Shown here: piece by piece, positions 14,201 through 27,700 of the stretch | Position numbering within the stretch: the first letter of the stretch is position 1 | How the letters are laid out: the number at the start of each line of letters is the position of its first letter | Origin: Peribolospora baueri | Taxonomy: Eukaryota | DNA length: 55,251 nucleotides | Reading direction: 5' to 3' | NCBI GenBank assembly: GCA_029717555.1 | Contig: JAMDHS010000116.1 | Coordinates: 1-55,251 of the forward strand | Notes under the pieces: generated by a model | What the model saw: the letters and a program-made list of their open reading frames with translations, nothing else | What the model was told of the DNA's origin: nothing | Database searches by the model: none | Position numbers and translations under genes: made by a program

Positions 14201-15534
14201 TCCTGTTCATCCACCTGCATATCTTCGAAGCCTCCGAGGTTGTCCGAAAGTGAGGCCGCTAGAGCCGAGATTGAAGCAGTGGGTTCCGCCGCCGCACCCT
14301 GCCCGTCAGTGCTCGCTTCAGGCTCGCCGTCATCGGACATGCTGATGCCTTGGTCGTTGGAGTCCAAGCTTTCTTCGACGCCAACATTATGTGGCGACTT
14401 GGCTACTCCAGAGTGCTGGCTCGTCTCTACCCTGCCACCAGGGTTCGATCCAAGCGCCATTTCGACTGAACCAAACGTGGTTCCAGAGCTCGTTCGTACC
14501 GGGGGTGTAGAAAGAGCCGGCTCTGGGTGTAGGCGCAGAGTACTTCCGTTTTCAGAAGAAAGGTGTTTTGATGAGGTCATTTCGCCATTGTTTGTACGAG
14601 GGCTAGACGGGGATCCTCCGCAGTGCAGCTCCTCCATCCGCGGTGCCTTTCCCTTACGATCCAAAGTCGCGCGACCTGACGCATCGTCACTGGAAGGATT
14701 CAAGGCCCGCAAAGAAGAGCTGCTTGAAACGCTGATGGGGCTGTTATGGCTGCACATGTGAGCTTTACTGAGAAAGGTCTTGCGTTTCTCGGCCGACATG
14801 GGAGGGACGACGACTTCTGGAATGGCTCCGACATCTCGCCGAGAACGAGTGGCTGGAGAAAGAAGGGTGACGGGCTGAGATTGGGAAGAAGAGCCATTGA
14901 GAAGCTGCTGATGGCGTTGGGGAGCGTTGGGGAGAGAGACCGACGTCGCCGCACTAGACGCCAAAGCGCTTTCGACAGGAGCGGTGGCGTGCCGCCTCGA
15001 CGAAGCCTCCGATGCAGTCTTTCGAAGAGCAATCGATCCAGAGGTCCGTGACGAGAGGTTCGGAGATAGAGACCGGCGTAAACGTCGATTGTTTGACGGA
15101 GGTTGCCATGCGACAACAATACAGTCTTCCATGGCATCCTCATCGGAGGCTTTGATCTCCTGCTTCTCCTTCTCTGGCTTGGCTGATTTCGCTCTTGCCT
15201 TGGGCATGAGCAGAGAAGATGTTTGCTGCTGCTGTTTCTGCTGCTGTTGCTCCTGTTGTTGCGGCCCCGTACCTATTGAGGAGTCGATGGCTGCAGAACG
15301 TGGGGGCGAGCGCGGACTGACCGGTTTGAAGAAGTTGGTGATCGGCCGGAGGCCCGTCTCCTTCTTCGCCTTGGCCCTCGACCTGGGAGATTTGGAGGGA
15401 AACTTGAGAGATTTGGTGGGTGACGTAGACGTTCCGCGGGAATGGGAAGGGGTGTTGGGTGCGCTGGTATTGACCGTAGAACGCTTCCGAGAGGAATGGC
15501 CGCCGGATGGACGGTCGTCTCCGTGGGTCGGTCT
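11220..15534 (-). CDS. Probable SLF2/FAM178/Nse6-like SMC5/6 loader (CANIN-like C-terminal domain); start codon uncertain
   Basis: Long S-rich disordered ORF (13357-15207, open upstream to 15534), followed by spliced helical exons ending LEAVIEALRSLHGRISDNRAAYLDRTRAKAAIARLQLRLHFQLP...GQTLLRDF. An N-terminal ITNFFKP motif is present. The family call rests on recalled motif similarity, not on a search. Confidence 0.6.
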
Positions 15535-15795
15535 TCACCCGGCGACGCGACGCGGTCAAGTCGCGGCGTAAATTACACTGCGGCAAGGGTGTCCATTTTC
15601 GTGTGAATCCCTTCTAAAAGTTCTCTGGATAACATACAACACTCTTCGTCGAGACATAAAAACGAAAAAAAGGAGCAAGAGCGCTATAGCACGACCCGGA
15701 GGGCGCATGGCCCTCCAAAAAGGTCGAGAATAAGGGTAACGAGGGCATACGACCTCCGATAAGGATTGGGGCCTAACGCATGGCAGACGTTCTGT

Positions 15796-17063
15796 CTACA
15801 ATAGGAGGACGCCGTTCACACATCCGTCGTTTTCCTACACAGTGAAAAATAACGTAAAGGTCAGCGAGATATGCCATGGAAACAACATGGAACTTGAAAA
15901 AGCGGTCCGATGCTCTGCTCACCGGGTTGTTCGTGACCTGGGCGTACTTGCCCCAGACCACCTTGCCACCGGTGGTGACCAGACCGAGCTCGGAGACGTT
16001 CACCTCGATGATTGTACCTTTTGTGAGCACGCCAAGTTGCGTGTACATGGGCGATTGCGGGTTCTTCTTCACGCCGATGATGGGCAACTGGAAGGTCGCC
16101 TTTAGCTCAGCTGAGGACGTATGGGGACATCGATCGCTGTCAGCGCCAGCGAGATCCAATTGAGAAACGGGAAACGGCGTTGTTTCCCAAACAAATACTC
16201 ACGATGAGTGATATGCGCCTTCTTGTATCGCAACCCCATCGGCCGGATGAATCGCTCCAGCTTCGGAGGTTTTCTGGTGAAGCCCTCTCCGACGAACGTC
16301 GCCTTGGTCACCATCCTCTTCCACCCCTTTGTCTTGCGCTTTCCCGTCTTAACCACCCGGAAAGCTTCATCCTCCGCGATGCCTCTGACCTGAGGCAGCG
16401 GCACTGAGTACTTCGCCGCCTTGTCTTTCCTCTTCTGCTTCACTGCACTCGACAGCGCCTTGGCGTCTTTCTGTCCCTCACGATCGAGTAAGTACGTCGG
16501 AAGCGCGCCCTCTGGAACTGCGGATGAGTCGGCTTGCTTGACGTTACGCTCCTCGTGCGCCTTGATCGTCTTGCGCATCTGCACCTTCTCCTTGTGTCGC
16601 CGCGTGTTCAGCATCTTCGCCTTGAGACCCGAGACATGTTTGGCGTAGTGAGAGGCCTTGTGAGGCGCTCGAGCCTCACGCTTGCGTCTGAGAGACGGGT
16701 CGATCCGAACGAAAAGATCGTGAGCTACCGGAGCTCTTCGCCGGTCGCAGCCGCCAACACCGCAACTCTCCGGGCTGGAGCCACGAGGACAAACACTCAC
16801 TTTCGTTCTTCATAGTCAAGACGCCTACCATGGCGCTTAATGTGCTCTTCGATATACTCGTTCTTTCTCACGAGAACGACAGGTTAAAAAAGCATGACAA
16901 TGAGCTCGTCGTTCAGGATAACCGTGCAATGGGGAGATAAGCTCACCTGAGGCTGCCATCATCAAGACAGGGAATTGCACAAAGAAACAAGAAAACACAT
17001 GTTTTAATGTCAGCCTCGGGGACCGAGCTCGCGCCTTGCTGCCCCGACTCCACCACGTACCAT
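15796..17063 (-). CDS. NSA2: Ribosome biogenesis protein Nsa2
   Basis: [98 protein letters not shown]. Confidence 0.96.
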
Positions 17064-17290
17064 TCTAACGATGACGGCAGTCTGAGGAGCAATGCGTTGC
17101 CAAAGATTTCTGCGAAAGTGTCCGCCTGCAATAAGATTGCCGCAGTAAAATCCAAGTCACGTGCAAAATTCTCACCTTCCTCCGCTCCGATTTCTTTTGC
17201 TGCGGCACAATATTGTGGAACGGGCCAAGCTTTAGGTTCGCTGCTTGCGGCCAAGGGTTCTCTTCTGACTCCTCTTTGACCATCCTTTGC
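17064..17290. promoter_or_regulatory. Divergent promoter NSA2/KRS1 with an inverted repeat and a CACGTG E-box
   Basis: TGCCGCAGTAAAA (17138-17150) and TTTTGCTGCGGCA (17195-17207) flank CACGTG (17158-17163). Confidence 0.6.
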
Positions 17291-20041
<2,751 letters not shown>

Positions 20042-20670
20042 GCGGCAAAATGTTACCCGTCGTGCACCGCTCCTGGAAAAGAGGTTGTTCGTATAGGCGC
20101 CTGTCTGTTCTGCGCTGTACTTACGAGTGGAATGAGATATCATCTACTAGGCCCTACGCAGTGTGGAGCGGGTTAGGGTTAAGGTGTTCTGGCGTTAGGG
20201 TGCTGCGGTGTCGATGCTGCTTGTCCGGGGTGTCCACGTGGTAGCGACCTTGCCTGCGACACCAACGCCCATTTGCGCTCCCCTGCGATCTCCATTTTGG
20301 GGTATGCCGTGCAGACGTTTTGAGTCCTGAAGTGTCCCTCTCGCCTAGCTGGAACAGGGCCGACTCCTACGTGTCGCCTCTGGTAGATACCTTCCACTTC
20401 TGTGTTTCCCCCCTTTTTTACACCCGCCGTCGGCTGGCGACGGCTACCGCAGTTGCCCTACCGCAGTATGCCCTTCCCACTGTTGCGTTTCTTTATAGTC
20501 CGTCTAGGCTGTCCACGGCCTGTATATACGGACTTGCTAAGCGGATTAATCCATCCATCCATCCACGTGGTTGCGCTGGAAACAGTCCCCAATATCTCCT
20601 GCCTTACTACCTTTCTGTTTGCACCACCTTCATACGCTACCTACGTTCTACTGGACACTTGCTCATCGCC

Positions 20671-23405
20671 ATGCTCGCCCGCGACTCGTTGAGACTTCTC
20701 CTTTCTGGCCCGCCCAGCGGCCTCGCGCGAGGTCCGGTCCTTCTCCTTTCGGGCCGACGGGTGAGTGAACGAGAAGGGGACGGTGGGCTCAGAGTACAAA
20801 GCGAGGGAATCTTCACGGCCTGCCTGCGTGATCGCACCGGCGTCTCCGTCTCGAAGTACCGAAGCGAGGTGAACCATAAATCTGACGGAAGACGACGACT
20901 GCCCTCCTACCCGGTCCACAGCCATTCACCACGCCGACCTCGCCGACCTCTTCGGTAACCGCCGCTGCTGCCGCCTCTCCGGCACCCGACGACGCCCACG
21001 CCTCTTTGCAACCGACCGCAGAGGGCCAATTTCCGCACGGCTATTCTCCGCACGGCCATTTGCCTAACCTGCCGCGCTCCCCTTACGTTGCCGACCTGGC
21101 CCAGAGCTTCTTCGAGTCTGTCAACGTCGGAGGAAAGGGCGTCATTCCTACTTACAGAGTGTTGGACGGGACTGGGGAGGTGCTGGACGGGGCGGAGAAG
21201 GATGCAGAGGTGAGTTTGGTCGGTCGAATGGGAAGGAAAGAAGTGCTCAGCGATGTTTGGACAAAAAATAGGAAGGGAAGATAGAAAGAGGACATACGTG
21301 GCACGATTTGGATGGAGGCGCGTCGGGCCTAGATGGCTTCGACGCTCGGAATTAACCATATCTCGTCGCACGCTCGCACACGCACACAGATCTCCCGAGA
21401 AGAAGCGGTGCGCATGTATGAGCACATGCTCCTCCTTCCTGCCATCGATGTGATTCTCTACAATTCTCAGCGGCAGGGTGAGTGCGGGAGGCTGAATGGT
21501 GACGACAGTTCGCCCAGTTCGCCTGTCAGCGAGTCCGAAAACGTTTAAGGGCGCTTTGACCATCCGATTTTTTTTTCTTTTTTCCCTGCTGACCTGCGCG
21601 CGTTTTCTAACCCTTTCGTCGGTCCTGTTCACTTCGGCGCCCAGGGCGCATCTCCTTCATGATGACCTCGCACGGCGAGGAAGCCTCGATCATCGGCTCG
21701 GCGGCGGGCCTAGAGTCGACGGACGAGGTGTTCGGACAGTACAGGGAGAGCGGCGTCTTGCTCTGGCGCGGGTACGAGCTGCAGGAGATGATGGATCAAG
21801 TGTTTGGGAACGAACACGATACGAGTGGAAGGGGAAGGAGTATGCCCGTCGTGAGTCGTGACTGACAGGCGCTTGAACCGTCTCCTCGCACCGCCTATCG
21901 TCATGATCCAATTTCGCTCATCAATCATTCTCCGTCCTTGTACTCCTTTCTCTCGCGTTCGCTTCGAGACAGCACTTCGGCTCGCCGAAGCACCATTTTG
22001 TCACCATCTCATCTCCGCTGGCTACCCAAATCCCTCAGGCCGCGGGAGCTGGATACGCGCTCAAGAGGGATCCCTCGAGGAAGGGAGACGTGGTAATGGT
22101 GCGCGCGAGAGACCGACTGCCTCTACGAGCGGGATGCTTTGATTCTCTTCATTTGGTCGCCGACGTCATGTGTTTCGGTCTGCTCACGAAGGCGTCGATG
22201 TCCATGTGGGTGTTTGCAGTGCTACTTCGGCGAGGGCGCCGCTAGCGAGGGCGATTTTCACGCTGGGTTGAACATGGCCGCGACGCTCAAGGTGAGTTTT
22301 TTCTCCTTTTGTAGAGCACGACTGGCTTGGCGCCGTCAAAAACAAAGGAACAGAAACGCACGCTGACGACGCCCTCGCTTTGGCATGGCCGCATCGCATC
22401 GTCGAACAGAGCCCGGTCATCTTTTTTGCCCGGAACAACCAGTTCGCCATCTCCACGCCAGCTTGGGAGCAGTACGCCGGCGACGGCATCGCGTCGCGTG
22501 GGCCTGCCTACGGCATGCCGACGGTGCGCGTCGACGGGAACGACGTGCTGGCTGTGAGGAGGGTCGTGAGGGAGGCGAAAAGGCGGGCGTTGGAGGGCGG
22601 CGGGAGGCCGGTGTTGGTGGAAGCGATGACGTACCGGTGAGGAGACGAGACTAGGCTCGGGTCCGCTCATTGCCAATGAAGCTCCACGTTCAGCTGACTT
22701 TGTGTGCCTCTCTCCTATTCCCTTTTTAAGTGTCGGTCATCACTCGACGTCAGACGACTCTTCGGCGTACAGGACGAAGAAGGAGGTGGAGGACTGGAAG
22801 AAGATAGGTGAGTGAGGGGTGCGCGAGCTGCCAACTCTCTGCATAGAGCGAGTGGCTGGCCTTTCTTGTTCTTCTTCAAGAACGCGGAGAAGCTGGTCTG
22901 AGCTGAGCACAAGGTGCTCGGCGACACGGACAGACAACCCGCTGCATCGGATGCGTCGGTTCCTTGAGTCGCGCTGTTGGTGGTCCGAAGAGATGGAGGC
23001 GGAAACGCGGACGGCGCAGCGCAAGGTCATCCTCGAGGCGTTCGGAAGGGCGGAGAAGAAGCCGAAGCCGGGGTTGGCGAGCATGTTCGAGGACACGTAC
23101 GAACGCGTGGAGGGGACTCTAGGCGAGCAGGTGAGTCGTCCTGACGTTATGAACGCTTCGACGTGCTCTCTCTCTCTCTCCACTCTTCCGCTGCACGACG
23201 ACCCTGATCACGCCACGGCGCCTGTCTGTCTGTCTGTCTGTCTGTCTGCGCGTCTGCTCAGCGCGCAGAACTGGCGCGGCTGGTTGGGAAATACGGGCAA
23301 GCGTCGGAGACGTGGAGGAAGGAGCTGGACAAGTTGCGGCACGGGGGGAAGGACCTCGAGGCATTTGCAGAGGGGGAAAAGGGAGAAGAGGAAGGGGGGC
23401 GGTGA
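20671..23405 (+). CDS. BCKDHA: Branched-chain 2-oxoacid dehydrogenase E1 alpha subunit, mitochondrial
   Basis: Arg-rich presequence; [59 protein letters not shown] (ThDP motif), [27 protein letters not shown]. Confidence 0.95.
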
Positions 23406-24668
23406 AGGAGATGTTGGACGGGCGATGGACGACTGGAGAAGGAAGGAAGGAAAGTATGTGGCCGGCAAGGCCTTGCCAGATGCGAGTCTTCTCTTCCGTG
23501 CAGGGACCTTCATCCGTTCCATCCTACTACGTAAACAATCCAATTATTTCACTCATCCAACCCGTCGCCGTGCATGGCGATGCGAGCACGTGTGCGAAGA
23601 CAGCGACCGAACAAGGCTGCCATGCCATGCCGCGTCCACTGCTTGCCTGCTTCGTCGTTCTCTTCCTGCTCCAGGCACGCACGCAGGGAACGGTAGATGG
23701 GGATGGGGTGCGATGAGGGAAGCGAGCGCCCACGACTCGCCCTGCGTGCGCTCGCTCGCTCTGCTTTCCTTGCGAACGACGATCGACATGACGTGGATGA
23801 CGACTGCGGGCGCCGGGCCGTATGTATACAAGCCGAGTAGGCGGCGCCATTAGCGGCCGCTGTAAGGCGATTACGACTGGACTACTCGACAACAATGCTT
23901 TCTTTCCCTCCCTAGGACGCGGACTCGGCCGAGAAGGCGCGGCGGATGCCTGAAATGGCAAGTATGACGTCGTCATGCGCGGCCACACAGATGCCGCCCG
24001 CTCGCCACTCGCACGCGCCCCGTCCGGCGGTCATCTCAGCGTGCGTGCGTGCGTGCTGAGACAACGGCGGCGGCGACATTGACGGCGACATTCATCAGTG
24101 ACTGACAGCGGCGTTCATCGGGGCTCGCTTCCATCGTCATCTTATCCCATCTCAACCCATCGCCATCTCCATCTCATAATCTCCAATCCCATCTCCATCT
24201 TCATCCCCATCCCACTTCCCCTCCTCCCATCGCCTCCCGTACGCCCAATTCTCTCCGTCGCCATCCCCTTGCAGTCGCCAGCGCCGCGCGTCTCCCCCTC
24301 TTGCCCCACTCCGATCCCGCTCGGAGGAGCGCAGCGCCGCCAACCGGACGTGCATACATACTACATACATACATCCACGTCTTCCGACCAGCTCGACGTC
24401 GACCGCGACCACCGGTTCGCTGCTGGACGCCGTCACCGCCACCACCTTCCGTTCCCCCGCCGTGGGCGACAACAACCCGCCAGAATCCTTCCTCTCCTTT
24501 TCGCATACCTCCATCCAGCCAGCCATCCATCCATCCCTCCCTTCGTGCCCGCCACTTTTCCTTCTTCCCAGTCGTTTCCAACCTCACCTCATCTTCTCTT
24601 CCTCGATCACCTACTTAGACAACCGGTCAGCGCCATCCCGCACTCGACCGCCGGTGACCTTCCCTAGA

Positions 24669-24699
<31 letters not shown>

Positions 24700-24766
24700 C
24701 GCCCGTCCCTTCGACCGCTGGCGGATCCATCCACCCTCCCTCCACACGCCTTCCCCCCTACCTGCC

Positions 24767-27700
24767 ATGCCCGTCCTTGACAACCTCAAGCATTTTATAC
24801 GGCACGGCAAGCCCCCCATCCGGGGCTCTCAGGCCCTCGGCGAGGGATCCGACCCGAGCGCCAACGGCAACGTTGGCGAGCTTCCAAAACCGCGGGCGAA
24901 AGAACAGGCCAAGGTGAGTCACCGATGTTCACCCTCCTCCTCTCTGTCTTTATTTCGATGATTTTCCACGAACGGCGAGTGGAGTTGGATGGGTGGCCTG
25001 CGTTCGCTTCGAGCGAGGGGAGGGCCCGCCCCAGTGGAGTCGCCTCCTCGCGCTTCCCGCCTTCGCTTTTCCCTCCGATGGGCGTCGACGCTTGATCGCC
25101 GCGCGCCCGCGGCGAGACAAGACCGGCAGGCAGGACGCGATGACGTCTCACTGATCGGACCCGGCCGCGGCCGTCTCCGCCGGGGGAGAAATGTTTCTTC
25201 CTGATCATCGGCGTCATCCCTCCCATCATCAATCCTCTCGCCGTCATGTCTACGTCCTTCACCATCTTTTCGTATTCTCGTAGAGTTTTCTTCCTCCTCT
25301 GACACCGTCCTTCCATCTTCTCCGTCTCTTCCTCCTTCCTAGGGCTGTTCCGACACCACCCAGGACAGCTCTGCAGACACCAACACCCGCACAGACGATC
25401 CGACTACTACTGCTCCCACATCGTCTTCGCCAAGCACACTCGCCATCAGCGCAGTCGAAAATCGAGGCGAGCAAAGGTGGACAGGCGAGTCCCCGATCGG
25501 CGGCCAAAAAGCCCCGGCGACGTCGGCGGTTACAACCGCTAAGGCGCACGCCCCCGAAGGTCAACAGCACTACACCCGCGAGGCGGAGCAGATGGTCGCC
25601 GAGGAGAAGCAGGCGAAAAACAAGATGCCGTACTACGAAGGATTGAGCGAGAGGTTCACGCTGTTGGAGAAGATGGGAGAGTGAGTCCTGCTGCTTCGTC
25701 CCGGACGTCGTCCATGCATGCACGACCTTCCTTCGCCCTGCTCGCCTCCGTCTCGTAATCCCTCCCGCTCACACCTGCCTATTGCTCTCGCTTCAGCGGC
25801 GCCTTTTCGAACGTCTACAAGGCCGTCGACCGACAATCGGGACAGAAGGTGGCCGTCAAGGTCGTGCGCAAGTACGAGTTGAATAGCAGTCAGGTTGGTC
25901 TCGTTTCCTCCCCTCTCCTTTGCCGGACGTTGTCTCGTCTGGCGTCCTCTCCTCTCTCCTCTCTCTCCTCTCTCCTCTCTCTCCTCTCTCTCCTCTCTCC
26001 TATCTCTCCTCTCCTCTCTTTCTACCCACTTGCTCGCCGCGGGCTGGCCACCCCGTCGAGCACTTTCCTTTCTTAACGCTAGGCAGGTCGCTCCTGCCGG
26101 CGGTTTCACCTTATATTTTCCGCCTCTGTCTCCCGACTCCATCTCTTTCTTTTTTTTTTGCCCTTCTGCTTTTCTCTTCACCCTTCCTTTCCTCTTCCCC
26201 GATGACCGGATCCCCAGCTGTCCCTCCCTTCGTCAATCCTCATAAATGCCCAGGGATCTCTCAAAACTGACTCTGACAATTGCACCATTTCATCTGGCTC
26301 CTTCCTTTCTTCCTCTTCTTCTTTTTCTTTCTCTTACCCTCCTCATCTACTGGCTCGCCACGATATTGGCTTCGTTCTGTTTTCTCCTCATTCGTTCGTC
26401 GCCTCTTCCGTTCTCGTTCCCCCCCCCCTTTGTGCCTCTTGCGGTTATTTACCGCTGGGCAGGAGGGGAAGCACCTCGACCCGCAGTTTAGGAAAAAGAA
26501 CAGGGTCACCGAGGTCCGTTGCCATCTCCTTTCTTCCCCTTTCTTCTCCGGCTCTATGGCTCTTTTTATCTCTCCCCTCCTTCTGCACACCAAATCTCGG
26601 CCCATATTCGTCCGCACGTTGTGCATCCGATGCCACGGTGACATGTTTATTCTGACCCTTCCTCTCTCTCCCTCTCTTTCGCCACCCGTTTTCTTCTCGT
26701 CCGCCTGTCTTTTACGCCGTCCATCATCTTCTTTCGTTTCCACCTGTGCCACCCCGTTCGTTCCACTTTACGTTTCCTATGTCGCACCTCCCTTTGGCCC
26801 CGACAGCGCGCCAACATTCTCAAGGAAGTCCAGATCATGCGCAACCTCAAGCACAGCGGCATCGTCGAGCTTCTCTCCTTCTCCGAGTCGAGGGACTACT
26901 ACTTCCTTGTCCTCGAGCTCATGGAGGGCGGCGAGCTGTTCCACCAGATCGTTAAGCTCACCTACTTCAGCGAGCCGCTCGCAAGACACGTCATCCTCCA
27001 AGTCGCCCACGCCATCCGGTACCTTCACGAGGAGCGCGGTGTCGTGCATCGGTGAGCTCGAGTCAGCCGCGGGCAGACAGACCGTCTTCCACACGTTTGT
27101 CCGACCAACGGCCTCATGACGTCGCTCACCTCACCTTCTTCACGCCCGTCCAGCGACATCAAACCGGAGAACCTGCTCTTCGAAGCGATCCCCATCGTGC
27201 CCTCCAAGGTGCCCAAGGCGCGACAGTACGACGAAGACAAAGAGGACGAGGGCGAGTTCATGCCCGGTATCGGAGGCGGCGGCATCGGCAGGGTCAAGAT
27301 CGCCGACTTTGGCCTCAGCAAGGTCGTGTGGGACGAGAGCACGATGACGCCTTGCGGCACCGTGGGGTACACGGCTCCGGAGATCGTAAAGGACGAGCGG
27401 TATTCCAAGGTGGGTGCAGTTCGCTGGCGTCACAGGCGGGGGTTAGTGTCGGCCGTTGTTGATGCGTACATGACGGACTGATTCCTTCGTCCTGTCTGCG
27501 AACCTCATGATGATGAAGTCGGTCGACATGTGGGCCCTCGGATGCGTCTTGTACACTCTTCTCTGTGGATTGTCAGTCGCCATTTCCGCCTCTCCTTCAC
27601 ATTTTCCACGGTCGTCGTCTGAACGGTCCTCCTTCCCCTCTTTGACCTCTACAGCCCTCCGTTTTATGACGAGTCGATTAATGTGCTCACCGAAAAGGTC

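Noticed and set aside
13886..15571. Plus-strand ORFs, including one with a poly-Cys run
   Set aside because: These are antisense shadows of the SLF2-like ORF; the poly-Cys run is the reverse reading of a CAG poly-Gln tract.
20170..20184. Possible telomerase RNA template (TAACCCTAACCC on the minus strand)
   Set aside because: It sits in a ~630-bp gap between KRS1 and BCKDHA with no recognisable telomerase RNA structure; a short repeat alone is insufficient.
25139..25212. C/D-box-like words (CGATGA...CTGA) in kinase intron 1
   Set aside because: Box C is non-canonical and I could not identify an rRNA-complementary guide; snoscan or Infernal would be needed.
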